A DNA stretch of 64,000 bases from Eledone cirrhosa. Lineage: Eukaryota. This document shows, in pieces, positions 56,476 to 64,000 of this stretch (its first letter is position 1; each line of letters opens with the position of its first letter). Under the pieces are notes generated by a model, which was given only the letters and a program-made list of their open reading frames with translations, made no database searches and was not told where the DNA came from. The position numbers were made by a program, and so were the translations under genes. The DNA lies in assembly GCA_964016885.1 (NCBI GenBank), contig OZ024754.1, forward strand, positions 7,068,001 to 7,132,000, read 5' to 3'.

Positions 56476-56858
56476 AGGTGAAATTTAAGAATTATAGTAG
56501 CTCAGCCAGCAACTGCAATACACAAGATTTACTTATATGCTTACATCACTTAACGAAATAGTAGATATTCTTTTGTGTTAGAAAGGGTCTGTTATATCAA
56601 CATATTCATTTCCCTGTAACAGATCCAGGATTAGCTTCCACAGACTTGCACACGGTAGTAACTTCATATAACGTACCTCTACGATTAATCGAATATATAA
56701 ATAAGAAGACAATGGAAACGACCATATCTATAAAGAAGCCTAACGCTCCAAAAATGAAACAAAAAAGTTAAAGCAAGCGATATATATAGAAATATCCATA
56801 GAAATAGTAATTTCCATAGCGGAGTCATTGTCCTTAATACGAGTGAATGATATATATT

Positions 56859-57052
56859 TATAATTGTTTCTACTTTTGGCACAAGGCCAGCAATTACCCA
56901 GTTCATTACTGGTACTTTATTTTATCGACCCCGTAAGGATGAAAGGCAAAGTTAACCTCGGCGGGATTTGAACTCAGAATGGCAAGGGCCGTAACTCTAT
57001 GCATCAAAGCATGGCGTCCGACCCTCTACCGATACTACCAATCCACCGCCCT
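56859..57052 (-). mobile_element. Meta-domain SINE, young copy
   Basis: Family motifs. Confidence 0.88.
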
Positions 57053-58196
57053 TATATATATTTATAATCAACGTAAAAATGTGTGTAGGTATATATGTGA
57101 CTGGAAAAGTGTAGTATGTGTGTGGATCGATATGGGTCACTATGTGTGGATGGACGTAGTTGACTGAATTTGTGGGAAAGGATATATCTGTTGTGCTGTA
57201 TATGTGCACGTGTGCGTATAATATCAATCCTTCTTTAGTAATAAATATTCAGTTGTAGACTTTTACCTATTTGAAACATAAACTAGCAGTTTATTCTCAA
57301 ATACATTTATCACAACACTTGTACTCAGTATATATGTTACATGTTACAATTTGATAAATAACCCAACGAAATGTCGTTGACATTTGTGAAATAATATCTA
57401 TTGTCTCTGTTGATATTGCATTGGGATGTGTGATTTACAGTCTTGTTTATTCCACTGAGAATATTGGAATGACACCTAATTGATTTTGAAACGTAAGTTC
57501 TTGCCTTGTAGCTGGTGTTACTTCAGATTATCTTAGCCAAAAACATTAGGTTTGTCTTTTATATTTTATACCGTTGAAAAGTCAGTTAAAAAAATCCCGA
57601 CGGTATTTTGCACATTATAATCTAACATATTTTAAAGGATATCTTTAGTACCTTTATTATGATAATTGTAATATTATATGATTAGTAACATTTCATAGAA
57701 GTCCTTATTGATGATATGGAATATATCCTGTTTAAAATACTGTATTAACACGAGGTTTATCATGTGATTAACATTGTATAATAGCAGGTCCAATTTGATT
57801 TAAAAACGAGAAGATAAATGAAATTTCATTTGTGTAGGTCAAATCAAGTATCTCTGAGGTGAATGCACAAACTAAAGATGGAAAGAGTGCTAACCGGATA
57901 TTCCTCTCGACGTGGTGCAGTATAGATATCCAGGTAGAAGAGTTATAGTATAATTGGTAAAGAGAAGTTTACAGAGTGTTTAATATACTTAGATATGGTA
58001 CTAGGAAAACAATAGGAAAAACTAAGCAAGAAGAGATGGGAAGAAGAAGAATTTATGTAATCTTTACATATTAAATTCATCCGAGCAGGAAGGTGGGCCC
58101 AGGACACCAGTATTGAAACAATACTCCCATGTACGAGACAGTTACACTGCTAGACACACAAACGTCAAAGACTCCAACCCAAAGAGAAAATCATAG

Positions 58197-58680
58197 AATT
58201 CTAATGTAGGCGCAAAATCAGAAAATTTTGGAAAAATGAAATATTGATTGAATCGACGCCAGTACTTTACTGGTATTTTAATTCATCGATCTCGGAACGA
58301 TGAAAATCAAAGATGACAGCAGGATTTGAAGGTAACGAGCTCAAATAATTACCTTAATGGGAATATCCGAAGTTCTACCAAAAATATGAAATTTGTACAT
58401 TTTAAATCAAGTATTTCAATCGATAAGATACTATTGGAGTTCGTTTACTAAGGATAAAAAAAAAACCGAAAAAAATACCAGATGAAAGTCGTTTCTTTTT
58501 ATATTTCATGTCTTCTGTACATACCCACGTACTGGTTCCAAATCCTGCCGATGTTTATTTTGTCTTTTATTCTTCCGAGGTACTTTTGAGAATAAAGTAC
58601 CACTCAAGTACTGGTGTCGATTTATTCGACTTTCCCGTTTTCCAAAATTGCTGGCCGTGTGCTAAAATTAGAAACCATTT
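58197..58680. mobile_element. Old Meta SINE remnants (58197-58330 -, 58530-58680 +)
   Basis: Degenerate family motifs. Confidence 0.65.
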
Positions 58681-60026
58681 TACGTAGGAGATATTATCTT
58701 TAATAAATGTCTTCTGCAAGAACATGTGAAATCATAGAATAGACACGGAAAATATTCCAGTCTGTGTTAAGTAATGAATATTAAGATGTTTCCAGTGAAA
58801 ATTACTGATTTAAATAGAATTACTATTAGCAGACAGAATGAACGAGAAATACATTAACTTAATGGATATAAATTAAATGTAGTATATGTCCTTTAACACA
58901 CGTTTACAGCAAAGAAGTCGGTTATTCTAAAAATATTTCATAGATTCTATTTTCTTTCTACTTTGTGTAACTTTAGATTTTTTAAAAATCTTTTGTTTTA
59001 TGCTTCACTGAAATTAATACAAACAACAAACTAAGAAAACTATTTCACAAATATAAATTGAATATAAATTACATAAATATAATTTAAGAAAAACAAAATA
59101 CTGAACGAAATTCAATCGATGGAGATATACAATAAGTTAAATATGTTTATTGAAAAAATTGAACATTTATTTTCAAAGTCTAAATCAACTTTGATAAAAA
59201 AAGAATAGTTTTTATCGTCTTTATGATTAATTTATTTCTGTCTTTTATGATTGAATGCTTTATTTTAATTCTAGTTTTTGGTACAAAACTATTTTGGACA
59301 TGTTTCTTCATAATTTTCAATGATTAAGTATTTCAAAGTTAATATAAATCAAATGATTTGATGGCCAATATTCCATTATTGAATAAAACTAATGTGTGTG
59401 TTTTAATCACACATCAGAGAGAAGAGATAAAATGTGAGAATTGCATGAAGGAAGAAAAAGATACTTCAGAGAGCTCGGCATTAAGTGAATTGGATTTTAA
59501 ATTATGATGTAATAATTTCCATATTATGAACTTCACTATTACGAAATTACAAAAGAACAGTCGTGTATTTCCGTACAAAGGTGTTCGATATAATCTAAAA
59601 CTGAATATCTGAGAACAACTAAATATAGATATGTGTTAAAATTCAATAGAATATTGGGTTTAATCTAATACATTTTGATCATAGTGAAATGCATGTAGCG
59701 TTCTCGAACATCCTAGTTAAATTTGATGCTATTGATGTTCAGTCTGAATGAGGTGATGTGAGGGGAAGCTGAAAAATAACTGTGTGCATGGAAAAAGTAA
59801 TAAAGTGATGAACAACTGGGTGTGATATATTGGCAGGTCATATCATGTCAACATTGAACGCGGGAAGTGAATAGATCATATATAGAGCTGGGAAGCTTGC
59901 GGTTGAATGGCTCATCTGCTATCACTGTCACCCCCTAAAATAAATAACACATTCTACTCTTCATTTTGCCCCATAATTCTCGGATATATTTATTTAGAGA
60001 CATTGAAATATAATATATACAAATAA

Positions 60027-60488
60027 TAATTGTTTCTACTTTAGGCACAAGGCCAGCAATTACCCAGTGCATTACTGGTACTTTATTTTATCGACCTCGT
60101 AAGGATGAAAGGCAAAGTCAACCTCGGCGGGATTTGAACTCAGATCGTAAAGGGACGTAATTATGCTGGAAAGCATGGCGTCCGACCCTCTCCCGATACT
60201 GCCAATCCACCAAATAATAATGCTTTCTTTATATACAAATAATGATAGAAGGACGAATGGTTACTCCTTCACTATGTTTATTGGTTGGTGACGCGCGTTT
60301 CGCTATTGATCAGCTCGAGGTTAGATCTGTGTCGATCTAGCGCGACTCTGGAATCAAAAGCTCGTCGGACCTCTGTCTGGCTCTACATCTGAATACTGGC
60401 GGGATTTGAACTCAGACCGTAAAGGGACGTAACTGTGCTGGAAAGCACGGCGTCCGACCCTCTACCAATACTGCCAATCCACCGCCCT
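60027..60488 (-). mobile_element. Meta SINEs flanking a family G pLTR piece
   Basis: Family motifs at 60027-60210 and 60398-60488. Confidence 0.8.
60287..60371 (-). ncRNA. Hammerhead with CCGACGA core and long stem II (family G)
   Basis: GGT-CCGACGA-GCTtTTGAT..ATCAAtAGC-GAAA-CGCGCG-TC-ACC. Confidence 0.7.
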
Positions 60489-61087
60489 TTATATATAAAC
60501 AAATAATAGAAAGGAAAAAGATTTTTTCAGTAGAAAATGTTGAAGATTCTTTCAGTGAAATATCAAAACATTAATTTATTTACAATACCGGTTTCAGCAT
60601 TATATGCATTGTCAATTGTGGATATGCAGAATATTGTTAAGTTGCATGTTTGTACAAATAGTGATAAGAATAATAATAATAAAAATGGGAAGAAAAATTA
60701 ATTTTCACATACATGTTCATTCAGAGAAGAGAGTTCAATTCTCTGTCCACCCTTCTCTGTTAATAAACTTGGTTATATATATATATATAGGAAAATGTTC
60801 AAGACCCCGACGGCAGAGCTCAAGCCGTTTCGACGACTATTTCTGGACCAAAGTTGTTTTCTAAATATTCAAACAGAACTTAAAACGATAACTTCTTGTT
60901 TTTTGGATATGTCACTATGAGTGCGTACCAAAATTTTGGTACCCTTGAAATATATATAATAAAATAAATATCGTTTTATAAAGATAGTTTCCATTATTGA
61001 TATTAGACTCCAGAAGAAAACTGTAGAGTGCTTCGAATCTGTTATAAATAAATTTGTTGAATAACCAACAAATGAAATAACTCTTAG

Positions 61088-61136
<49 letters not shown>

Positions 61137-61551
61137 CGAAGGAAATGTGGTAAGGAACCAGGTGGACAATAACGCACCAAAGTACTCAATACTTAGGGTA
61201 CTAGAGTGGGAAATAGGAACAAGTAAGACCCCGACGGCTGAGCTCAAGCCGTCGAAACGGCTTGAGCTCAGCCTTCGGGGTCTTACTTGTTCCTATATAT
61301 ATATATATATATATAACAAAGGCATCGTGGTAAGGAACTAGATGGACCATAACGCACCAGAGTACTCAATACTTAGGGTAGTAGAGTGGGAAATAGGAAC
61401 AAGTAAGACCCCGACGGCATAGGGTAGTAGAGTGGGAAATAGGAAAAAGTATGACAGAAATAGCCGTTGAAACGGCTTGAGCTCTGCCGTCGGGGTCATA
61501 CTTTTTCCTATATATATATATATATATACACATATATATATATATATAGGA

Positions 61552-61623
<72 letters not shown>

Positions 61624-61989
61624 TTGTAAAACGGCATTGATTTGTGTCACAGACACAAACTACATAGATTAGTTTACAACATTTTAACCACAACTCGTAT
61701 AGAATGTCATTGTAGCCACTGAGATTTCTGGGGATTCTAATTAAAATGGACAGGCTGCGAGATCAATATCATTTTAAGGAAATTATTTAAGCCGTATAAA
61801 AGCAGTTAATTTAATCACCAAACTTACATGCCGGACAAATGATACGGATCGTAAACTAAGATATAATGATTGGATACACCTCTGCTCTCTCTCTCTCTCT
61901 CCTCTTTCATATATTTCGGGATACTTTACATTCATACACGCATGCACAGATACGTAAAATGATGATGATGATATATATTATAAGAACAG

Positions 61990-62068
<79 letters not shown>

Positions 62069-62075
62069 AATATGT

Positions 62076-62820
62076 TATAAGAACAGCTTATATATATATT
62101 TATTATAAGAACAGAATATATATATATTTATTATAAGAACAGCTTATATATATATTTATTATAAGAACAGCTTATATATATATTTATTATAAGAACAGCT
62201 TATATATATATATTTATTATAAGAACAGCTTATATATATATTTATTATAAGAACAGCTTATATATATATTTATTATAAGAACAGCTTATATATATATTTA
62301 TTATAAGAACAGCTTATATATATATTTATTATAAGAACAGCTTATATATATATTTATTATAAGAACAGAATATATATATATTTATTATAAGAACAGCTTA
62401 TATATATATTTATTATAAGAACAGCTTATATATATATTTATTATAAGAACAGAATATATATATATTTATTATAAGAACAGAATATATATATATTTATTAT
62501 AAGAACAGAATATATATATATTTATTATAAGAACAGAATATATATATATTTATTATAAGAACAGAATATATATATATTTATTATAAGAACAGAATATATA
62601 TATATTTATTATAAGAACAGCTTATATATATATTTATTATAAGAACAGCTTATATATATATTTATTATAAGAACAGCTTATATATATATTTATTATAAGA
62701 ACAGAATATATATATATTTATTATAAGAACAGCTTATATATATATTTATTATAAGAACAGCTTATATATATATTTATTATAAGAACAGCTTATATATATA
62801 TTTATTATAAGAACAGAATA
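62076..62820 (+). repeat. 28-bp minisatellite, ~27 copies
   Basis: TATTATAAGAACAG(CT/AA)TATATATATATT. Confidence 0.95.
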
Positions 62821-63099
62821 TATATATATATATATATATTATAATATAATATAAAAGAAAAGCGAACACAGATATATAAATATATGTGTTCAAATCGTAA
62901 GGGACCTGATTCGCCAAGGTGAAAAGAATACTAACTATAGACAATTGGGTTCGTTGTCTCAATTTAAGAAAAAATTAAGAAAATAAATACAAACCGGAAT
63001 TGTGGGAGAGAGAGAAAGAGAGACAGAGAGAGAGAGTGAGAGAGAGTGAGCAAGTGAGCTCACACAAATATAAACAAATTGGGTGTAGCAAAGTATATA

Positions 63100-63252
63100 C
63101 GGGTACCACTCTATAATTGCAAGGGCCAACCGAGTATCAAAGAAACGTGTGACATGTTCGGCCCACTTGAGTTTGTTCAGACGGTACACGGATATAACGT
63201 CCTTCATTCCGGTTCTTTTTAATGATCTGCTCGTTTCGGATCTGATTTCTCA
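63100..63252 (-). mobile_element. RTE LINE C-terminal remnant
   Basis: IRNEQI.. then KLKWAEHVTRFFDTRLALAIIEWYP. Confidence 0.7.
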
Positions 63253-63925
63253 TCGGTAGAGGGTCGGACGCCATGCTTTCTAGCATAGTTACGTCCCTTT
63301 ACAGTCTGAGTTCAAATCCCGCCGAGGTTAACTTTGCCTTTCATCCTTACGAGGTAAAAGATAAAATAAAGTACCAGTAATGTACTGGGTAATTGCTGGC
63401 CTTGTGCCAAATGTAGAAACAATTATTATTATTAGTCTCAGTAGAGAGGTGGACGCCATGCTTCGTGGCATAGAGTTACGTCCCTTTACGGTCTGAGTTC
63501 AAATCCCGCCGAGGTTAACTTTGCCTTTCATCCTTACGGGGTCGATAAAATAAAGTACCAGTAATGCACTGGGTAATTGCTGGCCTTGTGCCAAATGTAG
63601 AAACAATTATAGTGTTATGGAGTTGATAAAAGAAAGTACCAGTCATGCACTGGGGTCAATTTAATCGACCCCCCCCCCCCCTAAAAAAATTGCTGGCCTT
63701 GAGCCTATATAAGAAACCATTGTTGTGTAATAGCTGTAGATTGGCAGTATCGGTAGAAGGTTGGACGCCATGATTTGCAGCAAAGAGTTACGGCCCTTTA
63801 TGATCTAAATTCAAGTTCCGCGGAGGTTAAATTTGCCTTTCATCCTTATGAGGTCGATAAAATAAAGTACCAGTAATGTACTGGGATAACTGGTGGCGTT
63901 GTACCAAAGATAGAAACAATTATTA
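63253..63925 (+). mobile_element. Cluster of ~4 Meta SINE pieces
   Basis: Family motifs. Confidence 0.85.
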
Positions 63926-64000
63926 AGTTTATAAGTGTCCTAGGAGAAGGAGGTAAAGCAAGGTTTGTGTTTTCTTAACGATCACTTTACAAACCCTTAA

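Overview
AT-rich eukaryotic intergenic/intronic DNA, most likely octopus/cephalopod (inferred from SINE types and microsatellite load). No intact protein-coding gene is supported; most listed ORFs are microsatellite artefacts. The window holds dozens of tRNA-derived SINEs of two types (Meta-domain and CORE-like), RTE and RLE-type LINE fragments, MITEs, and several minisatellites whose parent sequence is visible. The main signal is about 20 hand-folded type-I hammerhead ribozyme (HHR) folds in at least 10 unrelated short repeat families. These sit next to (TA)n/(CA)n tracts and often form head-to-head fold-backs. One lies just downstream of a Penelope-type GIY-YIG endonuclease C-terminus, which ties the set to Penelope-like element (PLE) pseudo-LTRs. 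The set includes stem covariation, U3-A8 compensatory cores, recurrent C4/A4 cores, palindromic stem III (dimer-type) and 50-115 nt branched stem II inserts. None has been tested for activity.
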